DNA from: an uncultured bacterium
GTDB lineage: Bacteria > Edwardsbacteria > AC1 > EtOH8
NCBI GenBank assembly: GCA_963780225.1
Contig: CAWAAX010000015.1
Coordinates: 1 to 25,296, forward strand
DNA length: 25,296 nt
Direction of reading: 5' to 3'
Below the pieces are notes generated by a model. That model searched no databases. It saw nothing but the letters and a program-made list of their open reading frames with translations, and was not told where the DNA came from. Positions 8,264 through 16,401 of the stretch are shown in pieces. Positions within the stretch are counted from its first letter, which is position 1, and each line of letters starts with the position of its first letter. The translations under genes and the position numbers were made by a program.

Positions 8264-8301
8264 TCCCCTCTCCGCATCGGGGAGGGGTTAGGGGAGGGGT
8301 C
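8264..8301. repeat. REP-like palindrome plus G-tract, copy 1
   Basis: TCCCCTCTCCGCATCGGGGAGGGGTTAGGGGAGGGGTC, 34/38 identical to 19935-19972. Confidence 0.85.
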
Positions 8302-8908
8302 GGTTCAGCCACTTGCACCCCTCGAACAACTCCCGCCTGGTCTTGGGTCCGTGCTGGCCGGGGGTGATGATCAAAGTATCGGAAATGCTGTTCTCCAGAA
8401 AAGCCTGGTGCATCATTTTGTTGTCGTTCAGGTTCCAGTCTCGTTCACGGGAGACCAGATAGAAGCATTTGTCCTTCAGCATCTCCCAGTTGGCATAGGG
8501 CATGGCCCCTGCATGGGCGCAGATGGCCACCGCCCCCTTGAACTTGGTGGGATGCAGAAATACCGCCATCATGGCCTGCACCGCCTGGCCGGAGAAGCCG
8601 TAGATGTACACTCGTGATTGGTCAATTTGGTATTTGGAAATTAGGCTTTGATAGGTAGCATATATATAGCGATCGTTGAGAGACGCATCCTGATGATTTT
8701 TTGTTCCGGCGCACGTTGCCAGGACCCAGCCCAGCTTATCGGCGATGGCCTTGTTGCTGTCTATGTCGGCCTTGGTGGCGCCGGTGCAGGAAGTGATGAT
8801 CAGGGCCGGAGCCGGTGTTTTCAGTCCTTTGGGAACATAGAAATGATCCTGCTGGGCGAAGGCGGATAACGGCAAATAAAATACAGCTATAAGAAATAAA
8901 TATTTCAT
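8288..8908 (-). CDS. Secreted hypothetical protein, probable alpha/beta-hydrolase fold (esterase-like)
   Basis: Signal peptide ending SAFA-Q; IDQSRVYIYGFSGQA nucleophile elbow; C-terminal PGQHG His. Confidence 0.7.
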   Translation of the reverse strand: MKYLFLIAVFYLPLSAFAQQDHFYVPKGLKTPAPALIITSCTGATKADIDSNKAIADKLGWVLATCAGTKNHQDASLNDRYIYATYQSLISKYQIDQSRVYIYGFSGQAVQAMMAVFLHPTKFKGAVAICAHAGAMPYANWEMLKDKCFYLVSRERDWNLNDNKMMHQAFLENSISDTLIITPGQHGPKTRRELFEGCKWLNRPLP

Positions 8909-8960
8909 CTTTTAAATGTTTACAAGAATAATGTTCTTAGCTTCATGCTTCCTCATTGAC

Positions 8961-8999
8961 AATACAGGTTGATTCAATCGTTTTGAACCAACCTGTATT
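8961..8999 (-). terminator. Stem-loop downstream of infB (weak U tract)
   Basis: 17-bp arms AATACAGGTTGGTTCAA/TTGAATCAACCTGTATT on the minus strand, the one mismatch being a G-U wobble. Confidence 0.55.
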
Positions 9000-9047
9000 T
9001 TTATCTCATAACTCCATATTCTATCTTCTGAATTCCGTATTCAGGCC

Positions 9048-11837
9048 TCAGGTCTTCTCCTCCTTGCGCTCCACTTCCTCTATGATGTAGCTCTCCACGA
9101 TGTCGTCCTTCTTGATGTCGTTGAAGCCGTCCAGGCCCAGGCCGCACTCGAAGCCGTTCTGCACCTCGCGCACGTCGTCCTTAAAGCGCTTGAGCGATGC
9201 CAGTTTCCCGTTGAACACCTCCACGTTGTCCCGCAGCAGGCGCACCTTGTTGTTCCGGGCGATGCTGCCGGAAAGCACGAAACAGCCGGCGATGGTGCCC
9301 ACCCCGGAGATCTTGTAGGTCTCGCGCACCTCCACCCGGCCCTGCACCGATTCCTTGAACACCGGCGCCAGCATCCCGGTCTGGGCCTTCTTGATGTCCT
9401 CCAGAGCGTCGTAGATGATGTTGTAGATCCTGATGTCCACTCCCTCGCGCTCGGCCAGCTCCCGGGCCCGCTCTTCGGGCCGGACGTGGAAGCCGATGAT
9501 GATGGCCCCCGAGGCCTCGGCCAGCAGCACGTCGGACTCGGTGATGGCCCCCACCCCCTTGTGGATCACCGCTATCTTCAGCTGGTCGGTGGACATCTTG
9601 AACACCGAGTCGGCGATGGCCTCCACCGAGCCGCCGGCGTCGCCCTTGACGATCAGCTTAAGTTCCTTGATCTCGCCGGCCAGCATCTGGTCGTACAATC
9701 CGTCCAAAGTGACCTTCTTGCCGGGCCGGAACTCCTGCTCCCGCTTCAGCTGCTGGCGCTTAAGGGCCAGTTCCTTGGCGTCCGACTCGTTGTCCATCAC
9801 CTGGAAGACATCGCCCACCATGGGCGCGCCGTTGAAGCCCTGGATCACCGCGGCCGCGGACGGCCCGGCCTTGGTCACCAGATTCCCCCGTTCGCCGTAC
9901 ATGGCCCGGATCTTTCCGTTGAAGTTGCCGGCCACGAAGGGCTGGCCCTTCTGCAAAGTTCCCTGCTGAACCAGCACCGTGGCCAGCAGTCCCTTGCCCT
10001 TGTCCAGCCGGGCCTCTATCACCACCCCCCGGGGCTGGTAGTCGGGATCGGCCTTCAGGTCCATCATCTCGGCCTGCAGCAGCACCATCTCCAGCAGCTT
10101 GTCGATGTTGGCCCCGGTCTTGGCCGAGACCTCCACATATATGGTCTTGCCTCCCCAGTCCTCGGGGGCCAGGTTCTGCTTGGATAATTCCTGCTTAATC
10201 CTCATGGGGTCGGCGTTCGGCAGATCCATCTTGTTGATGGCCACGATCACCGGGACCTTGGCGGCCTGGGCGTGGTCGATGGCTTCCTGGGTCTGGGGCA
10301 TCACCCCTTCCGAGGCCGCCACCACCAGGATCACTATGTCGGTCACCTGGGCGCCCCTGGCCCGCATGGCGGTAAAGGCCGCGTGGCCCGGAGTATCCAG
10401 AAAAGTGATGGTGCCCTTGCCGGCCTTGACCTCGTAGGCCCCGATGTGCTGGGTGATGCCGCCGAATTCCCCTTCGGCCACGCTGCTCTTGCGGATCCGG
10501 TCCAAAAGCGAGGTCTTGCCGTGGTCCACGTGCCCCATCACCGTCACCACCGGGGGCCGGGGCGAAAGCTTCATGGGGGCGGTATTCTCCTGGGCCTGGG
10601 GTGTTTCGGGCGTGAACTCCTCCATCTCTTCCACCACGTAGCCGAAGTCGTCGGCGATGGTGGCCAGGGTGTCCAGGTCCAGCCGCTGGTTGATGGTGGC
10701 CATGATCCCCAGCCCCAGCGCCTTGGCCACCACCTCGGAAGGCTTGACCCCCATGGCGTGGGACAGATCGCTGATGGAGGAATACTCCGGCAGGCGCACC
10801 ACCTGTTCCGGGGTCTCCTGGCCCTGGATTTCTTCCTTGTCCTTGGATTTATAGGAGCGCCGGGCCTTGCCGCGCTGGATGGCCGCCATGGTCTGCTTGA
10901 CCGTGGCCGCCACCACCGCCTGGTCCAGCACCGGGCGCTTTTCCTTCTTCTTGCGTCTGCGTCTCCGCCTTCTGCGCTGTTCCGAATCCTCCTCGGTCAT
11001 GGGCGGACGGGCGCCGGGGGCGTGGGGCGCGTTGGGACGCACCGCTCCCAGCCGGGGGGCTCCGGTGAACGGGCCGCCGGGGCGCGGGGTTCCGGTGTAG
11101 GGCGTTCCGGGACGCAGGGCCGGGCGGGGCGCCCCGGGACGCATCGGGCCGCCGGGGCGGGGAACTCCGGGTTTTATTCCCTTGGGCGCCTCGGGATAGG
11201 GCTCGGAAAATTCCTTGGGGTAGTCCACCCGGGAAACGATCACCGGGGTGGGCGGGACATACACCTGGGCGTCGGCCTCGGCCTTGACCGAGGCTTCCTT
11301 TTTTTCCTGGATCTTCTTCTGCTGTTCCTGTTCTTTCTTGACGTCCTGCTTGCCCTGCTCCAGCCGCAGTTTGGCCGAGGCTATCATGTCGTCGGTGATG
11401 ACGCTCATCCTGGTCTTAACGTTGAAGTTAAGCTCCTTGAGGATCCCCAGCAGGGCGTCTCCCGACATCTTCAGGTCCTTGGCGGCCTCAAATACCTTGA
11501 GCACCCTGGCCGGCTTTAGCTCGGGCGCGCTTTTTTTGGCGGCGGCGGGTTTGGCGGCCGGCTTGGCCGGGGCTTTGGGGGCAGCGGCTTTGGCGGCCGC
11601 CGGTTTGGCTGCTTCGGACTTGGGCTCCGGCTTGACTGCCGCAGCCTTTGCGGCGGCAGTAGTTTTGGCCGTCGGAGGCTTGTGCTCCGAAGCTTTGGCG
11701 GCGGCGGGGGCTTGCGCCGAGCTGGGGCGGGGTGTGGCCGCCGGAGCTTTGGCCGTCTGTGGTTTATGCTCCGAAACTTGAGCGGCGGCGGGCTTGGCAG
11801 TTGTCTTTTTTGCGGCGGGTTTTTTGTCTTCAGCCAT
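9048..11837 (-). CDS. infB: Translation initiation factor IF-2
   Basis: RPPVVTVMGHVDHGKTSLLD, GGITQHIGAY, FLDTPGHAAFTAMRARGA, NKMD, SLKRFKDDVREV; RBS AGGAG. Confidence 0.99.
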   Translation of the reverse strand: MAEDKKPAAKKTTAKPAAAQVSEHKPQTAKAPAATPRPSSAQAPAAAKASEHKPPTAKTTAAAKAAAVKPEPKSEAAKPAAAKAAAPKAPAKPAAKPAAAKKSAPELKPARVLKVFEAAKDLKMSGDALLGILKELNFNVKTRMSVITDDMIASAKLRLEQGKQDVKKEQEQQKKIQEKKEASVKAEADAQVYVPPTPVIVSRVDYPKEFSEPYPEAPKGIKPGVPRPGGPMRPGAPRPALRPGTPYTGTPRPGGPFTGAPRLGAVRPNAPHAPGARPPMTEEDSEQRRRRRRRRKKKEKRPVLDQAVVAATVKQTMAAIQRGKARRSYKSKDKEEIQGQETPEQVVRLPEYSSISDLSHAMGVKPSEVVAKALGLGIMATINQRLDLDTLATIADDFGYVVEEMEEFTPETPQAQENTAPMKLSPRPPVVTVMGHVDHGKTSLLDRIRKSSVAEGEFGGITQHIGAYEVKAGKGTITFLDTPGHAAFTAMRARGAQVTDIVILVVAASEGVMPQTQEAIDHAQAAKVPVIVAINKMDLPNADPMRIKQELSKQNLAPEDWGGKTIYVEVSAKTGANIDKLLEMVLLQAEMMDLKADPDYQPRGVVIEARLDKGKGLLATVLVQQGTLQKGQPFVAGNFNGKIRAMYGERGNLVTKAGPSAAAVIQGFNGAPMVGDVFQVMDNESDAKELALKRQQLKREQEFRPGKKVTLDGLYDQMLAGEIKELKLIVKGDAGGSVEAIADSVFKMSTDQLKIAVIHKGVGAITESDVLLAEASGAIIIGFHVRPEERARELAEREGVDIRIYNIIYDALEDIKKAQTGMLAPVFKESVQGRVEVRETYKISGVGTIAGCFVLSGSIARNNKVRLLRDNVEVFNGKLASLKRFKDDVREVQNGFECGLGLDGFNDIKKDDIVESYIIEEVERKEEKT

Positions 11838-11912
11838 GATTTCTCCTATTTGCTTGTCCCTCTGGGGTCAAAATATTTCAGGTCCTGTGTTTTTATGGGC
11901 GGGGCGGGAGGA

Positions 11913-13343
11913 CTATTGGGCCTTCTCTTCTTCCTGCTCCGGCTCTTTTGCTTCCGGCTGGGAGGCCGGTACTTCTGCGGGCTGGTCATCCGGGACGGAA
12001 GCGGCTTCCTCGTCTTCCTCCTGCTCCCCGTCCGGCTCGGTCAGGGCCTCCTTTTTGGCCCCGGCCTTGGTTCCGGCCTGCTCCATCAATGACATCAGCT
12101 TCTGGTCCTTGGCTTCCTTGGCCGTGGCCAGGATCTTCTCCGCCGTCTTCTCGCCGATGCCCGGCAGGTTGGTCAGGCCTTCCTGACCGGCGGCGATGAT
12201 CTTTTCGGCGTCATCCAATCCGGCCTCCAGCAGCTTGGCCTTTATCTTGTCGGCCAGGTCCAGGTCGTTGACCGGAATGACCGCCTGGCTGACGGCATCC
12301 ATCCGCTCCTGGTATTCGCTCTCGGTCACCACGTTGATGTTCCAACCGGTCAGCCGCACCGCCAGCCTCACGTTCTGCCCCTTCTTGCCGATGGCCAGCG
12401 AATACTGGTCGTCGGGGGAGATCACCGTTATCCGCTTGTGCTCTTCATCGGAGAAGGCGTCCAGGCTTTTGGCCGGAGCCAGGGCCCGGGAGGCGAACAT
12501 GGCCGGGTCGGAGGACCAGGGCACTATGTCTATCTTTTCCCCGGCCAGCTCCCGCACCACCGCCTGGACCCGCACCCCCTTTAAGCCCACGCAGGCTCCC
12601 ACCGCGTCCACCTTGTTCTCCTTGGAGTAGACCGCCACCTTGGCCCGGTCGCCCGGATCACGGGCCACCGCCTTGATCTCCACCAGGCCGTCCCGGACCT
12701 CGGGCACTTCCTGCTGGAAAAGTTTTTTGACGAACTCCGGAGTGGTGCGCGACAGGACTATCTGGGGCCCCTTGATGGTCTTGTTGACCTCCTTCAGGCA
12801 GGCCCTGATGGAGCGTCCCTGTTGGTAGCGCTCGGCGTGGATCTGTTCCTTGAAAGGCAGCACCGCTTCGGAATGTCCCAGGCTGATCAGCAAATCGCCC
12901 CGGTTGATCTGCTGGACGGTTCCCGAGACTATCTCCCCGATCCGGCTGGCGAAATCGCTGTAGACCTGCTCCCGCTCGGCTTCCCGGATCCGCTGGAACA
13001 GCACCTGCTTGGTGGACTGGATGGCCAGCCGCCCGAAATCCTCAAAGGGCAGGATCACCTCCACCGTGTCGCCCACCTGGGGATCGTCCAGGTAGTCCTT
13101 GGCTTCGGCCACGGTGATCTCCAGCCCCGGCCGGGTGATCTCCTCCACCACTTCCCGGGTGGCAAAGATCCCGATGTCGCCGGCCTCTTCCTCGATCTCC
13201 ACCACGATGTTGTCGGAGGTGCCGAACCTCTTTTTGCAGGCCTGCAGCAGGCCCTCCTTAAGCTTCTCGATCACGAATTCCTTGTCCAGGTTCTTCTGGC
13301 GGGCTATTTCGTTCAAAGCTTCAATGATATCTATGTTGGACAC
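11913..13343 (-). CDS. nusA: Transcription termination/antitermination factor NusA
   Basis: FGRLAIQSTKQV, S1 and KH domains (VGACVGLKGVRVQAV, SLAIGKKGQNVRLA), HhH LPGIGEKTA; GTG start after GGAG; synteny. Confidence 0.98.
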   Translation of the reverse strand: MSNIDIIEALNEIARQKNLDKEFVIEKLKEGLLQACKKRFGTSDNIVVEIEEEAGDIGIFATREVVEEITRPGLEITVAEAKDYLDDPQVGDTVEVILPFEDFGRLAIQSTKQVLFQRIREAEREQVYSDFASRIGEIVSGTVQQINRGDLLISLGHSEAVLPFKEQIHAERYQQGRSIRACLKEVNKTIKGPQIVLSRTTPEFVKKLFQQEVPEVRDGLVEIKAVARDPGDRAKVAVYSKENKVDAVGACVGLKGVRVQAVVRELAGEKIDIVPWSSDPAMFASRALAPAKSLDAFSDEEHKRITVISPDDQYSLAIGKKGQNVRLAVRLTGWNINVVTESEYQERMDAVSQAVIPVNDLDLADKIKAKLLEAGLDDAEKIIAAGQEGLTNLPGIGEKTAEKILATAKEAKDQKLMSLMEQAGTKAGAKKEALTEPDGEQEEDEEAASVPDDQPAEVPASQPEAKEPEQEEEKAQ

Positions 13344-13426
13344 TGTCTTTCTCCAAAATGTATTTTTTGTTTTTCAAAATGGTCCGTTATAACGTTACTA
13401 CGTAATAACGTTAAACGTGTTTTATG

Positions 13427-13479
13427 TTTTGTGTCACTTGTGCCCCTTCGACCCGGCTCAGGACAGGCTTTCTGTGGTT
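13427..13479. repeat. Short-period GTG repeat with a nested 25-bp palindromic element (13444-13468)
   Basis: TTTTGTGTCACTTGTGC[CCCTTCGACCCGGCTCAGGACAGGC]TTTCTGTGGTT; removing the bracket gives a unit like 17992-18020. Confidence 0.6.
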
Positions 13480-13963
13480 AAATAATCTTTTTCTCTATGA
13501 CTTTCTCCAGTTCCAGCCGGGCCTTCTTGATCTGGGAAAGGGGGAGCCAGATCGGCTCCTGCCCCTCCATTCCTACCTTGACCGTGCCCTCGCGGTACTC
13601 CAGCAGCCGGCCCAGCAGTTCATAACTGCCGTCCACCGGCTGGACCAGTTTCATTTTGGCCAGGCGCCCCAGGGACCTCTGGTAGTCGGTTTCCTTCTTC
13701 AGCGGCCGGTCCAGCCCGGGGGATGAGACCTCCAGCATATAGGCCGAGGCTATCAGGTCTTGCTTGTCCAGTTCCTCGGAAAGTTTCCGGGAGACCCTGG
13801 CGCAGTCGCCCATGCTGACCCCGGCCTGCGGCCGCTGGATGAAGACCTGTAAGCTTCCGGAGACGGACGAATACTCCACGTCGTAAAGCTCCAGTCCCAT
13901 CTCATTTAAAAAAGATCCGGCCAGGTCGCTTATTTTATTTATTATTTCTGCTTCGCTGGGCAT
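13478..13963 (-). CDS. rimP: Ribosome maturation factor RimP
   Basis: GVSMGDCARVSR, YMLEVSSPGLDRPL, IKKARLE; upstream of nusA. Confidence 0.97.
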   Translation of the reverse strand: MPSEAEIINKISDLAGSFLNEMGLELYDVEYSSVSGSLQVFIQRPQAGVSMGDCARVSRKLSEELDKQDLIASAYMLEVSSPGLDRPLKKETDYQRSLGRLAKMKLVQPVDGSYELLGRLLEYREGTVKVGMEGQEPIWLPLSQIKKARLELEKVIEKKII

Positions 13964-14011
13964 TTGTGAAACGTTGTCTGCTTATAATCAACCGTTGTAT
14001 TAAATAATTTT

Positions 14012-14057
14012 ACCGGGAAACCAGGAATAAATTTCCTGTCCTTCATGGGTTCCTTAT
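14012..14057. repeat. Second copy of the AGGAA-unit inverted repeat
   Basis: ACCGGGAA-ACCAGGAA ... TTCCTGTCC-TTCATGGG-TTCCTTAT, same TTCCTTAT terminus as 7843-7850. Confidence 0.65.
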
Positions 14058-14089
14058 AGTTCAGGGGCCTCATTGTGCTGATCGGTTTA

Positions 14090-14123
14090 AAGACAAAAGA
14101 GAGCGGGTTTTGTACCCGCTCTC
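14090..14123 (-). promoter_or_regulatory. rimP-leader-like terminator/attenuator hairpin
   Basis: Minus strand GAGAGCGGGT-acaaa-ACCCGCTCTC followed by TTTTGTCTTT, between the promoter and rimP, where the known rimP leader lies. Confidence 0.75.
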
Positions 14124-14146
14124 CTCTTAATCATCAAGTCCTCAAT

Positions 14147-14175
14147 ATTATATTGCAAAACCGCAGAAAATGCAA
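14147..14175 (-). promoter_or_regulatory. Sigma70-type promoter of rimP-nusA-infB
   Basis: TTGCAT (14175-14170), 17 bp, TATAAT (14152-14147). Confidence 0.8.
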
Positions 14176-14206
14176 GAGATATTTTTAAGTATCTGATAAA
14201 TTCATC

Positions 14207-15154
14207 TCACAGGATGGCGTTGAACAAATAGCCCACCAGAATGATCCCTATGGTGAGGATCCCGAAGAATATCACCAGCAGGGGAATTTTCAGCACTTTT
14301 CTTAAGATGACCATCTCCGGAAAGGAGGCCCCGATCACCGCCATCATAAAGGCCAGGGCCGTCCCCAGCGCCAGCCCCTTGTCCAATAATGCTTTGACCA
14401 CCGGCACCATTCCGGCGGCGTTGGAGTACAGCGGAATGCCTATCAGCACCGCCAGCGGCACCGCAAAGAAGTTGCCCTTGCCGGCGTATCTGGCCAGAAA
14501 GTCCTGGGGCACGAAGCCGTGGATCACCCCGCCCACCGCTATACCGATCAGCACGTAGGGCCACACTTTTTTAAGGATATCCAGCATGTAGTCTTTTGAA
14601 TATATAAGCCGGTATTTGAAGGTCCAGGACTCCTCCGGGACCGCCCCCACCTTGGCCTGGTAAACGAATCCCTCCACCCATTTCTCCAGCTTCAGTTTTC
14701 CTATCACATAACCGGCGGTGACGGCGATCACCAGTCCGCTGCCGATGTAGAGCAGGGCTATCTTATACCCGAACATGCCCCACAGCATCACCAGGGCTAT
14801 CTCGTTGATCATGGGCGAGGAGATCAGGAAGGAGAAGGTGACCCCCAGCGGCACGCCGGCCTCCACCAGGCCGATGAATAGCGGCACCGCCGAGCAGGAG
14901 CAGAACGGGGTGATGATGCCGAACAGGGCCGCCAGGATGTTTCCCACCAGGGTCCGCTTGTGGCTCAATATCTTCCGGGTCTTCTCCGGCGGCAGCCAGG
15001 TCCGGATCATGGTGATCAGGAATATTATCACCGCCAGCAGGAACAGCACCTTGACGCTGTCGTAGATGAAAAAGTGCAGGGCCTTGGTGAAGTGGGCTTC
15101 CGGGGCCATCCCCAGCCATTTAAAGACCAGCCGGTCGACAAAATTCTGCCACAT
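14207..15154 (-). CDS. arsP: ArsP/DUF318 family permease
   Basis: TPFCSCSAVP, GVTFSFLISSPMINE, GIPLYSNAAG, GTALAFMMAVIGASFPE; ars context; RBS GGAAGG. Confidence 0.88.
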   Translation of the reverse strand: MWQNFVDRLVFKWLGMAPEAHFTKALHFFIYDSVKVLFLLAVIIFLITMIRTWLPPEKTRKILSHKRTLVGNILAALFGIITPFCSCSAVPLFIGLVEAGVPLGVTFSFLISSPMINEIALVMLWGMFGYKIALLYIGSGLVIAVTAGYVIGKLKLEKWVEGFVYQAKVGAVPEESWTFKYRLIYSKDYMLDILKKVWPYVLIGIAVGGVIHGFVPQDFLARYAGKGNFFAVPLAVLIGIPLYSNAAGMVPVVKALLDKGLALGTALAFMMAVIGASFPEMVILRKVLKIPLLVIFFGILTIGIILVGYLFNAIL

Positions 15155-15175
15155 GTGTTTGATGCCTTCCTTGTT

Positions 15176-15874
15176 TTAAGCAGTGATCAACATATAGATC
15201 CCGCCCAGGATCACCAGTATTCCGCAGACGATCTTGACGATGGCCGTGCCCTTGGATCTCTCGCTCCAGTTCAGGTAATGCTGAATGACCTCGGTAAAGG
15301 TCCCGGCCAGCACCAGCACCGAACAGTGCCCCAGACCGTATGCCAGCAGGAGCCCGGCCCCGTAAAGCGGGTTGGTGGAGGCGGTGCGGAAGGCCACCGC
15401 CAGCATCGGGGCCATGTAGGCAAAGGTGCAGGGGCCCAGGGCTATCCCGAAGATCAAGCCCAGGATCAGGGCGGCCAGCAGGCCCTTGCGCTTATAGCCG
15501 GAGGCGTTGGCCCCGGCCCAGGGCATGGGGATCAGCCCGATCAGGTGCAGTCCGACCAGGAAGAAGATGACCGCCACAAAATAATTGCCCCAGCGGCCGA
15601 TGTCGCCCAGCATCCGGCCCAGGGCCGCGGTCACCGCGCCGATGGCGGCGATGGTGACCAGGATTCCGGCCCCGAACAGCAGGGAGATCAAAAAAGCCCG
15701 TCTGGTGGAGATCCGGCCCTGCTCATCCACAAAACCCACGATCAGCGGAATGCTGGCCAGGTGGCAGGGGCTTAGGATGATGCTGAGGATACCCCAGAGG
15801 AAAGAAGCGACAAGGGCGATGGCAGGCGCTCCCTCCACTGCGTGGGACAGCTTGATGAAGACGGCTTCTATCAT
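15176..15874 (-). CDS. ccdA: CcdA/DsbD-type transmembrane disulfide reductant carrier
   Basis: ILSPCHLASIP and LGPCTFAY paired PC motifs, LLAYGLGH; ATG overlaps thioredoxin stop (ATGA). Confidence 0.88.
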   Translation of the reverse strand: MIEAVFIKLSHAVEGAPAIALVASFLWGILSIILSPCHLASIPLIVGFVDEQGRISTRRAFLISLLFGAGILVTIAAIGAVTAALGRMLGDIGRWGNYFVAVIFFLVGLHLIGLIPMPWAGANASGYKRKGLLAALILGLIFGIALGPCTFAYMAPMLAVAFRTASTNPLYGAGLLLAYGLGHCSVLVLAGTFTEVIQHYLNWSERSKGTAIVKIVCGILVILGGIYMLITA

Positions 15875-16353
15875 TTCTTGAATTCGTGCCCCAGTTCTTT
15901 CCACTTGGCCAAAATATCCTCCCGGGAATAAAAGCCCTCGTGCCGGAACAATTCCTTTCCCTCGGGACTGTAAAATATCTGGGTGGGTATCACCCGGATC
16001 TTGTACTTGCTGCCTTCGTCGGCGTTCTGCCAGACGTCTATGAACACCACCTCCAGTTTGCCGGCGTAATCTTTTTTCAGCTCTTCCAGGATCGGGGCCA
16101 TCATCTTGCAGGGAATGCATTTTCCGGCCCCCAGGTCCACCATCCGGGGAAGCTTGACCGGCTTGGGTTTCAGGCTGTCGGCCTTGGCAAGGGCTTTCTT
16201 TTTTGCAATGGTCTTTGTTTTGCTTTTTGTTACGGGCTTGGCGGTTATGGTGTCTTTGTTTCCCGTGACAGGTTTGGTGTCCTGCGCCGCCAAGGGAAGG
16301 GCAAGAAAGAAGAGCATTGCTGTTGATAAAATAATTTTATTGTTTATTTTCAT
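15871..16353 (-). CDS. Exported thioredoxin-family protein
   Basis: Signal peptide ending PLAA-Q, Lys/Thr linker, DLGAGKCIPCKMM, IRVIPTQIF; RBS GGGGAG. Confidence 0.9.
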   Translation of the reverse strand: MKINNKIILSTAMLFFLALPLAAQDTKPVTGNKDTITAKPVTKSKTKTIAKKKALAKADSLKPKPVKLPRMVDLGAGKCIPCKMMAPILEELKKDYAGKLEVVFIDVWQNADEGSKYKIRVIPTQIFYSPEGKELFRHEGFYSREDILAKWKELGHEFKK

Positions 16354-16372
16354 TTCTCCCCTTAATTTATGG

Positions 16373-16401
16373 TTCTTTGCGTTCTTCGCGTCTTTGCGGT
16401 T
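16373..16401. repeat. Short-period (8/9-nt) degenerate repeat
   Basis: TTCTTTGCG-TTCTTCGCG-TCTTTGCG-GTT abutting the stop codon at 16401-16403. Confidence 0.65.

Noticed and set aside
9100..13481. Long + strand ORFs such as 10272-11519, and similar ones at 18497-19549, 21753-22721, 22858-23760
   Set aside because: Antisense shadows of well-supported genes caused by GC-rich codon usage; no motifs or RBS
15875..16120. Extended N-termini in the ORF track (ccdA, hydrolase, acr3, rhodanese, CDF, 19782 ORF, ArsC-like)
   Set aside because: They overlap neighbouring genes or repeats; downstream ATGs fit family N-termini and RBS or coupling
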